Positions 37,097-49,113 of a stretch of 64,000 nucleotides of DNA are shown here, in pieces (the stretch's first letter is position 1; the number at the start of each line of letters is the position of its first letter). The stretch is taken from positions 34,782,001-34,846,000 of the forward strand of contig NC_043012.1 in assembly GCF_006345805.1 (NCBI RefSeq), written 5' to 3'. This DNA comes from Octopus sinensis (Eukaryota). Under the pieces are notes generated by a model that was given only the letters and a program-made list of their open reading frames with translations, was not told the origin of the DNA and did not search any database. The position numbers and the translations under genes are program-made.

Positions 37097-38267
37097 ATAA
37101 TAATAATAATAACAACAACAACAACAACCTCTTTTCTGTGGTTCACTCCTAATACAACATTCAAACAATAATTTGTTCATTTTTATCTCCTTCGCTGTTG
37201 ATGTTCAGCAGAAGCTTGATCACGACCGTGCCTCTGCCGCTGTTCCATAGCGGCACCTTCGCTAAAAGCTCCAACCTTGTTGACAGTAGCTTGAGTACGA
37301 CCGTGTCTCTGCCGCGGTTCCACAGCGGCACCTTCGCTAAAAGATCCAACCTTGTTGACGTTGTTAGTATTACTTTCCATTATTGACAGTTCTCTGGTAA
37401 TTGAGGTATGTGGTTTAAGGTTACCACTAAACAGTAATTACATCGTGTATCATCACCAGACAGTCTGTCACCCAAAACTTCCGAAAGGCCTGTCTGCCCT
37501 CATTGGAGCTGATTATCCTGTTCTGGTCATCTCGAAGCAAATAAAGACTTATATAGCTGGATGGCCGTTGATTCTTGTGAGATCATCCACTCTTTAACAA
37601 GTTTTGTTTTTCGTCCTGCAGAGTGTCTAACGAAATCCATCCTCCATATCTATATATAAAATAACAATGAATTGAAATTTACCTTGTATAATCCAAGGTC
37701 AATCCAGACTGTATTTTGAATGATGCGTTCATATTGAAGTAATGGATTAAGTGGTTAGCCAGCTAGTATGTGACTGGTCCACATGGGTGTATAGAGTGAC
37801 AAAAACAGACATCAAGATAGACAGAAGTGGATTGTGAGTGAGTGGAGACATCAGAGAGAAGAAAGAGAGAAATGGGATAGGTGTGGGAAAGAATGAATGA
37901 GAGCGAAAGTAGAGTAAAATCAAAAATAAAAATAAAACAAAGATTAGATGCCAATACTCCTCTTCGTAAGAGTCGGTTCGGGGTGAGAGGTCAGGCGTTA
38001 AGGTTTTGGTAAAGTAGAGGAAAGAGGTATTTATGTCTATTAATTAGATAGATGACTTCTAGGTTAGGTGTGGTCAGAGAGAATATTTAGTTCAGTGGTC
38101 ATTAGAGATAGCTAAAAATGGATGCCTAGCTTAAGTGGATATGCATAGGATAAAATTACAATTAAATGAATAAAAGATATAAATTAAAAATCAAAAGTTA
38201 AATTAAAAATTTAAATTTAAAGTTTAAAAAGTTAAAGCTAGCCGGCTAATTAATAAATATATTAATA

Positions 38268-38518
38268 AATGTTCCTTCTCGAGCCATACCAGGCTCATAA
38301 GGGTCGGTTTCCCGGTTTCAGTGGCGTAAACATTCCCCATCTGGACGGAACGCCGGTCCGTAGCAGGGTTACTCATTTTTGCCAGCTGAGTGGACTGGAG
38401 CAACATGAAATGAAGTGTTTTGCTCAAGAACACAACGCGTTGCCTCGTCCAGGAATGGAAACCACAACCATACGATCATGAGTTCAACACCCTAACCACT
38501 AAGCCACGCGCCTCCACA
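38268..38518 (-). mobile_element. tRNA-derived SINE
   Basis: Minus strand GTGGAGGCGCGTGGCTTAGTGGTTAG head, body ttcttgagcaaaacactt..ccagtccactcagctgg. Confidence 0.8.
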
Positions 38519-38619
38519 GCCAGCTAGTTGGTAGAGAAGAAAAGGAAAAGAAAAAAAAACGTACGTATATTGTAACGGCCGTGGATGCATATAGGCAAGT
38601 GTTATGTGTGTTGATTCTA

Positions 38620-39173
38620 CTTGCATTTAGACCTATGGCAGAATCTAATGGTGCTTAGATGTAGAGAATGCTTCGTGTTGTTTGTTGAGTAATTGCAGTG
38701 AATCATGAATTAATATTTAGAGGGCTTCTTTCAGGCAGAGTCCACATGTGGAGCGCTGGCCTTGGTATGAGACATCAGAATCTATTATGGCACAGGATGC
38801 CCTATATGGTACTTCCTTATTTATCAGATGTGGTTAGTTAGGGAGGTTGATTTGCTACGATCCTTATATCTAAATGAGTTTAGATGTGCAGAATATCTCT
38901 TTTTAAAATTAACAGTGGATCCACTATAGCAGATAGTAAAATTATGTAATATGTGTGTACAATGCATTTACATACTACGGTGGGCTTGCAGCGGGCATTC
39001 GGTCCCGGACCGGCAGTTGCAATTATCTGTCTTACGTGGGTTAGTTGTGGAAAGAGAAGATGCTGTACTGTTTATGGACAAGTTAAAGTTTAGGGTGATA
39101 TTAGGGGATTGGCTGTTACTAGTATTATTGCTGCTGCTATTATTATTATTACTATTATTATTATTATTATTAT

Positions 39174-39221
<48 letters not shown>

Positions 39222-39500
39222 AGACTAGTTGCATTAAAGTTATTAGCCTTAGTAGTAGTAGTGCTATTAGTATTAACAGTCGTTTTAGCCGTACCTCGAA
39301 CTTCTTCGGAAATGGGGATGTTCGAATAATCGTAAATATATGTATTAATGGTGATAGAACTCAAATTTCGTTACTTCTGAAACATAAGTATGTTGAATCA
39401 GTATTATGCAATCTGGCAGCCCTCTTACATGGAATTTCGTCTGTCTTTTTGAACCAAGGCCCTGAAGAAACTTGTATACACAGCCTAGATATGAATTGTT
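38620..39500 (-). mobile_element. Degraded PLE linker plus GIY-YIG remnant
   Basis: CNCRSGTECPLQ, YSGSTVNFKKRYSAHLNSFRYKDRSKSTSLTNHI and CGLCLKEAL*IL..LLNK parallel the PLE at 57.6-58.0 kb. Confidence 0.75.
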
Positions 39501-39587
39501 TATAAATCAAATAATGCATATAAGTCGAAATAAATTGTTGGCTTCATTTGTTTTTTGTTTTGTTTTGTTTTTTTTAAATTGGCTATA

Positions 39588-39955
39588 TCTCTATATATAA
39601 ACGGCAAAATGTCTGTGTGTGTGTGTGTATCCTTTATACAAATCCACAATTTTAAAGTTAGAGGGCTCGCACTTTCTATGGTCCTTCAAAACCGTCCAAG
39701 GGTGGTCGTGCACATCTTTACATTTCCCCAGTCACCCCGCAAAGCCATTAAAAAATCAACAGAAGTGACATTTTTTGGGGTTTTCTATCCAAAACCCAAT
39801 CAAAATGCCCGAAATTTGATACGCCAATTGAATGCCAGCTAGCTGTATGTGATTGGTCAGAGATTTGGACAGTACTCGCGTGTATGTGCACACGCACGCA
39901 GCTGTATATACATGCACTAGCACTATCATCCGGCAACGTCGGGTCATAGTGCTAG
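39588..39955 (+). mobile_element. Non-autonomous Helitron-like element
   Basis: 5' TCTCTATATATAAACGGC; 3' CCGGCAACGTCGGG..CTAG followed by T. Confidence 0.8.
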
Positions 39956-40019
39956 TTATCTTATATTTTGTAGTATATTATATTATATTATATAATATAT
40001 ATATATATATGTGTGTGTG

Positions 40020-40218
40020 TGTTCTCCCCCACCCCATCGCTTGACAACCAATGTTGATGTGTTAACGTCCATGTAACAAAAGTGACCAATAGAATAAGTA
40101 CTAGGCTTACAAAGAATAAGTCCTGGGGTCGATTTGTTCGACTAAAACCCCTTTAAGGTGGTGCTCCAGCATGGCTGCAGTCAAATAATTGACTGAAACA
40201 AGTAAAAGAATAAAAGAA
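40020..40218 (+). mobile_element. Family B SINE 3' half
   Basis: gaccaatagaataagtactaggcttac..ccagcatggctgcagtc..gactgaaacaagtaaaag. Confidence 0.8.
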
Positions 40219-40221
40219 TAT

Positions 40222-40274
<53 letters not shown>

Positions 40275-40347
40275 ATATACACACACATATACATATAAAT
40301 GTATATGTATATACATAGATACATATACGTATTTATATATATATATA

Positions 40348-40750
40348 GGCGCAGGAGTGGCTGTGTGGTAAGTAGCTTGCTAACCAACCACATGGTTCCG
40401 GGTTCAGTCCCACTGCGTGGCATCTTGGGCAAGTGTCTTCTGCTATAGCCCCGGGCTGACCAATGCTTTGTGAGTGGATTTGATAGACGGAAACTGAAAG
40501 AAGCCTGTCGTATATATGTATATATATATGTATGTGTGTGTGTTTGTGTGTCTGTGTTTGTCCCCCTAGCATTGTTTGACAATCGATGCTGGTGTGTTTA
40601 CGTCCCCGTCACTTAGCGGTTCGGCAAAAGAGACCGATAGGATAAGTACTGGGCTTACAAAAGAATAAGTCCCGGGGTCGATTTGCTCGACTAAAGACGG
40701 TGCTCCAGCATGGCCGCAGTCAAATGACTGAAACAAGTAAAAGAGTAAAG
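40348..40750 (+). mobile_element. tRNA-derived SINE (family B), full length with internal microsatellite
   Basis: GGCGCAGGAGTGGCTGTGTGG (A box), GGGTTCAGTCCC (B box), AAAAGAG tail. Confidence 0.9.
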
Positions 40751-40808
40751 AGCATATATATATATACATATGTGTGTGTGTGTATGTATATATGTATGTA
40801 TGGATGTA

Positions 40809-40842
<34 letters not shown>

Positions 40843-41419
40843 GCGCATCAAAGAAATATCGCAAGATCTTGTTTCAATTTGTAAATAATAAGTCACCTAC
40901 TCTCCATCTGTTATGCATACATACACACATCCATACATACATAATACATACACACATACGTGCGCGCGCGTGTGTGTGTAGCTAGATGATAGACAGATTA
41001 AGAAAGGATAAAGAAGAAGCAAAAAACAGAAACTGGCTGAGCTTAATGTGTCTGTGTGGATATACGTTGTTAACTATGTGTTCTATCACAACACAATGTT
41101 TGTTTTGATATGCTACCAGCTCCCCCCTCCCCTGCTTCTCTTTCTTTTCCCCCCGGTGCTATGTTTTAACTGCCGTCGCTGATTCCGTTGCTGTTGGAGA
41201 AAAAAATTATTGCTGCTGTTGCTGCTGTTGTTGTTGTTGATGTTGATGTTGCTGATGGTGGTGGTGGTGGTGGTGGAGGTTGTTGTGAAGAATGGGGGAG
41301 AAATATTACATTAGTTGCCGAAATATTCTGCTCGACTTTTTAAACTTTCTTTTTTACCTCGTTACAGACTCTCCGCAACTGTTGAATGTTATTTCTTCAA
41401 TGAAAGTAAGGAATGCGTT

Positions 41420-41535
41420 GCGGAATGAAATAAGAATGAAATAAGAATGAAATAAGAATGAAATAGAATGAAATAAGAATGAAATAAGAATGAATAAGAA
41501 TGAAATAAGAATGAAATAAGAATGAAATAAAATGA
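41420..41535. repeat. (GAATGAAATAA)n 11 bp tandem repeat
   Basis: About 10 units visible. Confidence 0.9.
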
Positions 41536-41583
41536 AAAGTGAAACTATCCTAGGATTTAATTTTCTCTTCTCTTAACTGAACT

Positions 41584-42004
41584 AATACTTATTTCTTTAC
41601 TACCCACAAGGGGCTAAACACAGAGGGGACAAACAAGGACAGACACACGGATTAAGTCGATTATATCGACCCCAGTGCGTAACTGGTACTTATTTAATCG
41701 ACCCCAAAAGGATGAAAGGGAAAGTCAACCTCGGCGGAATTTGAACTCAGAACGTAACGGTAGACGAAATACCTATTTCTTTATTACCCACAAGGGGCTA
41801 AACATAGAGGGGAGAAACAAGGACAGACATAGGTATTAAGTCGATTACATCGACCCCTGTGCGTAACTGGTACTTAATTTATTGACCCCGAAAGGATGAA
41901 AGGTAAAGTCGACCTCGGCGGAATTTGAACTCAGAACGTAGCGACAGACGAAATACGGCTACGCATTTCGCCCGGCGTGCTAACGTTTCTGCCAGCTCGC
42001 CGCC
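41584..42004 (-). mobile_element. Family C SINE dimer
   Basis: Full copy plus 5'-truncated second unit; junction gaaataggtatttcgtc on the minus strand. Confidence 0.9.
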
Positions 42005-42329
42005 TTTAGCTGAACTAATACTGCTTTTGTGAAAGGTATGAATATCCCAACTTCCCCTTCTATCAATCGCTTCATATATTTGCTAATCTTAATCACAAAT
42101 TTCACTAGAGAAAGCGAGAGAACGAGTCTATGCGGTCACTCTATCGATCGATCTACTAAAAATATCAGCCAAATTTCACTCACATTATAATCAGAGTGTT
42201 TTTGAAAGAAGGAAGGGCAAAAATTTCCTCAAAGAAATATTGGCTAACTTCGAAGAACCAGGATGTTCACAGATGAAACGAAACATCTTTGACTATATCT
42301 CTTTTCGATTGAGGTTGACACAGGGCCTG

Positions 42330-43870
42330 AACAACGAAGTATAATAAGGTCATAAGATAAAGAATTTGAAGTCACTACATCAAAGGATGGTAGAAATACT
42401 TGATGAAAACCTCGACTCTAATTCTGTCCCTATCTGATTAAATAAAGCATTGAAACAACAATGCTCATAACGAAGGACAAAAAACAAGAAAATGAAGGCT
42501 TCCATTGTCTTCGTTTAATGTTATTCTGCTGACCAAAATAACCTCCCAAGAAATCTACCAATATCTGAAAGCCAACAAACTGCTGTCAGTAGAACAGAAA
42601 GGTTGTCGAAAGAAAAGCAGAACAACGAAACATAAACTCCTCTTCGATAAAACAAAGAATTGAAATTGCAATTGAAGACAGATAAGTCAGTTACGATATA
42701 GATTGATTATAAAAAAGCTTTTAGGTATGGTTCCGCATTCCAGGATCATCCAGTTCTTGGGCATATTCAAAACAACCTATTTCTTTACTACCCACAAGGG
42801 GCTAAACACAGAGGAGACAAACAAGGACAGACAGACGGATTAAGTCGATTACATCGACCCCAGTGCGTAACTGGTACTTAATTTATCGACCCCGAAAGGA
42901 TGAAAGGCAAAGTCGACCTCGGCGGAATTCGACTTTGCCTTTCATCCTTTCGGGGTCAATAAATTAAGTACCAGTTACGCACTGGGGTCGATAAAACAAT
43001 CAATAACATCAAATCATTCCTCAGAATCAGTTTGGACCACTTGGAGACAGACCTCATCCCGGGCAACAAGAAACTTGGGAAAAATAAAGTTCAAGCAAAG
43101 AATATTTCAAACGTATAATCCATCATTTATAATATCTAAAATTAACCTTGTACCTGTAACTGATATCTTTACAAAGGTAAAAACAGGGTTGGAGAAAAAG
43201 GTAAGAGACCATTAAACACCGATGACTTGAAATTCGGCAAGAATGAAAAACAACACTTTAGTGAAGTGTATATCAGTATTTGGTAAGGATATAAAAATGG
43301 AAATCAGCATTAATAAGTGTGGCACCTTTACCATAAAGGAACTTCCTTTAGGTGAGAATTGGAAACAAATTTTCTTGGAAACCGATGGAAACAGAATAAA
43401 AAAAAAATGGAAGTCCCATGAAATAATTAATACATAAAGGTTGAGAAACTTAAAACTGCATTTTGAACAGTAGAAATGTTATGACACTGTCAGTTCACGC
43501 ACTGCCTCGGTTATTCGATATAGCGCAGGTATTAATGAATAGGATGATTGTGAAGTACAATATACTGACAAAAGAAAACAGAGGCAGCTGATGATATGTA
43601 ATATGAGTTTTGAAGATTGTGTTGTAAAGCAGAAACACGGTTTGTACAAGTTTGTGTTACAAAGTGTGGGGGGGGGGATGTTGATAGCTGTGAAAAAAGA
43701 AGGAACAATAAACACCGAAAAAAAGAAAGATGTGAAAAAACAGGAAATAAAACTGAAGGAGAAAAATGTATGGAATTTTGTTCAAGAATATTGCATTCTG
43801 AAGCACTCGTATGATCCAACGAAAGTAGGTCCCAAAGAAATAACAACAGCATTAAAAATGCAAAAGTGAC
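42330..43870 (+). mobile_element. Heavily degraded R4/Dong-type LINE RT region, split by a SINE
   Basis: IYQYLKANKLLSVEQKGCRKKSRTTKHKLLFDK, DYKKA..MVPHS, LGKIKFKQRIFQ, FGKDIKMEISINKCG, VIRYSAGI and GGGMLIAV fragments in the expected order. Confidence 0.8.
42775..42992. mobile_element. Family C SINE with internal inversion (fold-back)
   Basis: Minus-strand arm to about 42928, then plus-strand copy of the same ~62 bp. Confidence 0.85.
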
Positions 43871-44519
43871 CATCACCACCACCACCACCAGCAACTGGTT
43901 CGAACATCAATATCATCAGGTTAAGCGGAATAATATCAATGCAGGAAAACAAATATAGGGTAAAATATAGAAAATTAGAGAAAAGATCTCGCAATCTTTA
44001 ATAAAAACCTATAACGAAACAATACGACTGATGAAGAGAGTGACATAATATAAAAATGTAACATAAAAAGATATGTGAAAAACGAGCGTCTGAAACAAAA
44101 GTCTTGTACATCGTGCCTACATTCTCATTCTCATGATTGAACCTGTTGTGCCTGCCTATTGTTGGAAATGTGTCGTTTCTCTGCGCAGACACTGTGCTTG
44201 CTGCACCAAAGTCACTAGCAAGATTCACTGCAGAATTTGCTGCAGGATTTACTACTGTCCATGAGAATCAGCAGGACTAGGCTTGTTTACACCGTATTGG
44301 ATGACCGCCGACTTTAATGATTGCATATATGTCCTTTGACAAGTTTTGTCTTTCATCCAGTAAGGTGAACAATCACCCTCTTTACGAAGCAGGCTTAGTA
44401 GACTTGCCAGTTTAGTCACCGACGACCCGACCAAGCAGCAGGTTGTACTGGATAATATGTTACCAGTAACGCTCACAAGCGTTACATCCATCCATCCATA
44501 CATACATACAGTCAGTCGC

Positions 44520-44710
44520 CATGATAGACCGTTAGCCACTACACACATTTTTCCTATCCTTGTTTTTTTTCTGTGTCCCTTTCTGTAGAAGAGCGTAGGC
44601 TCGAAATGTAAAAGACTTTTTCTATTCCCGAGCGTTATACTAATACATTTGTTTGTTTTGTACACCACCTGTCTTCGTCTTTTGTTTTTTTCGTAAATTC
44701 TCCCCTTACA
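44520..44710 (+). mobile_element. PLE pseudo-LTR-like repeat with variant hammerhead motif (44575-44616)
   Basis: CTTT-CTGTAGAA-GAGCGTAGGCTC-GAAATGTA-AAAGAC; homologous to 27890-28042. Confidence 0.55.
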
Positions 44711-45539
44711 TACATACATACATACATATTTTATACAGAATCTTGTTTGCAACAAATTACTTAAGTTTCATGTCAGGCGAAAAATACACGACTTATCTTT
44801 CATCTGGCAATTTCCAGGTCTGATCACAAAATTGCTACTAGTAAAGCGGGATTTTTTTTTACAGAAAAACTGTTATTTGAGAGTGAATATTTGTTTCCTG
44901 AAAGCGGTGAAAATCAAAACCATATGTGAATAGATCAAAGAAATGCAGCCCCTGAACAGTAGAAAGAATCTAGATTTTTAGTAGCTGTATCTGTCAAAAC
45001 AAGTTTCTTTTATCCAGTTAAAAAATACCTCCTACATCTGGATGATCACATTATACTTCTCCAGCTCAGCTCTCCATTGCACTAGAATTACACACTAAAC
45101 CTGCTCTACGCACATACATAGCGCACAGTCCTATACTTGGTCACACTTCAATTTTGGACATATCAAGAAACCACACCCACCAGATGCAAATACTCTTGGA
45201 CCCACGACAGCACACATATCAGAAATAATCGTAAATCCCTTAGTATGTTTGGCACAACACAGTATGCCTACAAAATGCATTTTTCTCCATTTAATGACCA
45301 TGATTAGTTTAGGTTTTAAAATAAAGTATACTTTCAGAGAAGCGGTTTACGGTAGCGGAGTTCACCTTTGAAAATTACGCCAGCAGAATAAGGAAGAGAT
45401 AAAGATATATAATAGGACATTTTGAATATGACAGAGACGATGGAAGAGTTGAAGGAAAATCTTTTTAATATGAAGGGAATTAGGGCAACAGCTGGTTAAT
45501 GTAGACATTAATACCCGGAAACGAAATCGAAAAAAAAAA

Positions 45540-45895
45540 ATAGTGCAACGGGTGTAAAAAAAAATAGGTGTAGGAAACGAATATGAAGACAAAAATTCCC
45601 GGAAAGCAACGGGGGTGGGGAGAGGCCTTCGGAAAATTGACAAGATCCTATATTTTTCCCTCATAACTTTTAGGAAAATGTTTTTTTTTAATGGAATTTT
45701 ACATAAATACCTTTCAAACGATTATAAAGAAATTTGTGGGGAAAATCTTTTCCGAGGGGTAGGGAGAGGATTTCGGAAAATTCACAAAATCCGATGTTTT
45801 TTCACTCGTAACTATGAGGAAAATGGATATCCTTCTACTTCACACCCACGTAAGAAGCGAATCTGAAAGCAAAACTGCGCAGAAAGCTACTATCA
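45540..45895. mobile_element. Fragment of a foldback-type DNA element
   Basis: Shares aaaatagtg..ggtgta..aaacgaatatgaag..ggggagagg..tcggaa with the 6459-7108 arms; about 45643-45895 is repeated at 48421-48680. Confidence 0.6.
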
Positions 45896-46199
45896 AAGAC
45901 GCACCAGCAAAGATCATCTCATCTTTTTGTATATATCTACAACTGTGCACGGTTTAATGTATCTTTCCATCTTGAGATGATAGATTGTGATCGAGTCACA
46001 GCATAGAAGCTCTCTCGCTTGCTCGTAATCAAAGTTAAAATAACAGAGAAGGAAATAATAAAAGCTATCGTATAAAATCTTAATAAATTCATTAAAATGA
46101 ATGTTTTTTTTAAATTGTTCATACACATACACGTTGTTATTGATCTGGTCTATATGGTAGTACTTGTATGTCTAATTCATTGCCTCATTTAATGAGTAT

Positions 46200-46590
46200 T
46201 CTTACTACTTGTGGCGACATTCACCCTGGGCGGGTTGAGTCGGCTTCTTCTACCGCCCTCGAAGCATCTCGAAGAAGTTGGAAGAAGTTTCGTGGGAATA
46301 TGTGAATTCCACAAGCGGTCCCCAACAATCCCGCATGTAGAGACATCCTGTTTGCCGCAGATTGTCCGCAGACGCAAAGACAGAACGACCGAGGAGCCGT
46401 CGGTTGCCGAAACAGACACTGCGAGGATTTTCACCAGAGCCCCGTCTGCTGAGTTGTGGCCCTAATACCACTCGGTGTCAGACCAATCCGCTTTGGGTGG
46501 CCCTACCAGGAACCGAAGTTCCCGACGGCATAGCTCTGACACTACCCGTTGCCCGCGTCCCCACCACGGTGAGGAGGGAATGGATTTAAG
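46200..46590 (-). mobile_element. GC-rich element resembling the 5' UTR of an RTE/BovB-type LINE
   Basis: Minus strand CACCGTGGTGGGG..AGAGCTATGCCGTC..TGGTAGGGCCACCCAA..GGTC resembles the RTE/BovB 5' motif (recalled from memory, not searched); no RT ORF follows. Confidence 0.55.
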
Positions 46591-47049
46591 GCAAGCTAAA
46601 ATATATGGTAGTGGAGGTGGGTGAACGATATTCTCAGCCCTTCAAAGACCGGCGAGATAGATGTAGTTTAATATTCATATATATGGAAAATGGATCTCTA
46701 TCGGTTTAAGAGGTGAATTTTCAGATGTTCAATTAACTTAATTATCAACTCACTGAATAAAAATGTGAAGTGGCTGAGTATTCCGTAGATACGCGCACCC
46801 CTCATGTAGTCCTTGAACAGAATCAACGTGACACAAAATATGACAAAGCTGGATATTTCAATTACAGACACAATCCACAAATTGAGTTTCTGCACAGTTT
46901 CCGTCTACAGAATTTCACTCGCTAGGCTTGGGTTGACCCGAAGCTATTGTAAAAGACATTTGCTCATAATGACATACAGTGGGATCGAACGTGGTGGGCA
47001 GGATTTTGAAGCGGGCTTTTTAACCATTCAGCCATGCTGTGCTTCGAGA

Positions 47050-47097
47050 TATATATATACACAAACTGACTCACACTCACATACACGCGCACGCTGA

Positions 47098-47132
<35 letters not shown>

Positions 47133-47570
47133 ACACATATACAAACATTGTTTGTCTGTTTTTCTCTCACACACACATACAGGCTCACATACATTGTCTG
47201 TCTGTCTGTCTGTCTATGTTTCTCTCTCTCTCTCTCACACACATTGTCTGTCTATCTCTGTTTCTCTCTCTCTCTCTCTCTCTCTCTCACTCACACAGAC
47301 ATTGTCTTCTATCTCTGTTTCATCTCTCTCTCTCACACACGCATTGTCTGTCTGTCTGTCTCTCTCTCACACACACGCATTGTCTGTCTGTCTCTGTTTC
47401 TCTCTCTCTCTCTCTCTCTCACTCACACAGACATTGTCTGTCTATCTCTGTTTCATCTCTCTCTCACACACACGCATTGTCTGTCTGTCTCTCTCTCTCT
47501 CACACACACGCATTGTCTGTCTGTCTCTGTTTCTCTCTCTCTCTCTCTTACACACACACACACGCACATA
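47050..47570. repeat. Compound CA/CT/TCTG minisatellite
   Basis: Repeated cacacacgcattgtctgtctgtctct units. Confidence 0.85.
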
Positions 47571-47820
47571 CTCACAGCCTTTCACTTTGCGAATGGAATC
47601 TCCAGCAGTCGTGTCAAGTACAGCTGCCAGTTCAGAGTGTCACACACGTCAAGCACCATTATGTTGCAGAATGACACTGTTGTATTAGCATTGTGCACCA
47701 AATAAACATATAAACATATAAACGGTGCAGTGTCTATCTCGTTGCCGTATGTCTGTCTGAACCTTGAAAGACCCACGTTACTACGAAGGGTCAACGAAGT
47801 TGTCACATAGTTGCAACAAT

Positions 47821-47987
47821 GGCGCAGGAGTGGCTGTGTGGTAAGTAGCTTGTTTACCAACCACATGGTTCCGGGTTCAGTCCCACTGCGTGGCACCTTG
47901 GGCAAGTGTCTTCTACTATAGCCTCGGGCCGACCAAAGCCTTGTGAGTTGATTTGGTCGACGGAAACTGAAAGAAGCCCGTCGTATT

Positions 47988-48036
<49 letters not shown>

Positions 48037-48258
48037 TTGTGTGTCTGTGTTTGTCCCCCTGGCATTGCTTGACAACCGATGCTGGTGTGTTTATGTCCCC
48101 GTTACTTAGCGGTTCGGCAAAAGAGACCGATAGAATAAGTACTGGGCTTACAAAAGAATAAGTCCCGGTGTCGATTTGCCCGATTAAAGGCGGTGCTCCA
48201 GCATGGCCGCAGTCAAATGACTGAAACATGTAAAAGAGTAAAAGAGTAAAAGAGTAAA
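47821..48258 (+). mobile_element. Family B SINE, full length
   Basis: As 40348-40750; (AAAAGAGT)n tail. Confidence 0.92.
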
Positions 48259-48420
48259 ATGATCGGCCAATAAGTCTACAGTAGCATTTAGTTAGATATC
48301 GTAGAGACTTCGTAGACGTGTAACTGCGTGCGCATGCGTGTGAAGAATGATCACGTGACTGAAAGTAGATGTTGCTTTTGTTCGGATGACTTAGACGTGA
48401 GTAGGAACTTTTTAAAGTCA

Positions 48421-48860
48421 ACAGATCCTATATTTTCCCCTCATAACTTGTAGGAAAATGTTTTTTTTTTTTTAATGAAATTTTATATAAATATCTTTCA
48501 AACGGTATAGATTACGATTATAAAGAAATTTGTGGGGAAAATCTTTTCCGCGGGGGTAGGGAGAGGATTTCGGAAAATTCACAAGATCCGATGTTTTTCC
48601 CTCGTAACTTTGAGGAAAATGAATATCTTTCTACTTCACACCCACGTAAGAAACGAATCTGAAAACAAAAGTGCGCAGAAAGCAATGAGTGTGGGGTGGG
48701 GTGGTGGGGAGAGAACTTTGGAAAATCCATAAGATTCACAAAGTTTTTCCCTCGCAACTTTGAAGAAAACGGATATCTTTTAATGAAATTGTATATAAAA
48801 ACCTTTTAAACGGCATACATTACGGATGCGTAATGTGTCGCAAACCCCTTATTTTTCTTC
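48421..48860. mobile_element. Second fragment of the 45540-45895 repeat
   Basis: caagatcctatatt..tcataac..ggaaaatg..cacacccacgtaagaa shared. Confidence 0.65.
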
Positions 48861-49113
48861 GAAAAAAAGGGTAAGGGAAGAAACTGGAATTATTGGAAAA
48901 TGTTTTCCTTTTTTCAATGAATGAATTACGGTGACCTAATATGCCACAAAACACGAGTCATAAGATATTTTTCAACATACAGTTTGACTTACCAGAAACT
49001 CTACGTTGAAAACCAGTTTTGAAATAAACTCAACGCTGGAGACCGGGTATGATAGCACGGTATCAATGTATTGAATGAAACGTAGCGTTTATTTCAATAT
49101 TTCTCAGTTTCAA

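Noticed and set aside
40348-40430. tRNA-like sequences here and at other SINE heads
   Set aside because: A and B boxes are present but there is no complete cloverleaf, and each continues into a SINE body; not tRNA genes.
44140-44490. Faint piggyBac-like peptide (SLVTDDPTKQQVVLDN)
   Set aside because: Too degenerate, with multiple stops and no TTAA-bounded ends; would need an HMM hit.
48320-48360. TGCGCATGCG (NRF1-like) and TCACGTGA (E-box) motifs
   Set aside because: No downstream gene; adjacent to repeat fragments; short motifs are insufficient to call a promoter.
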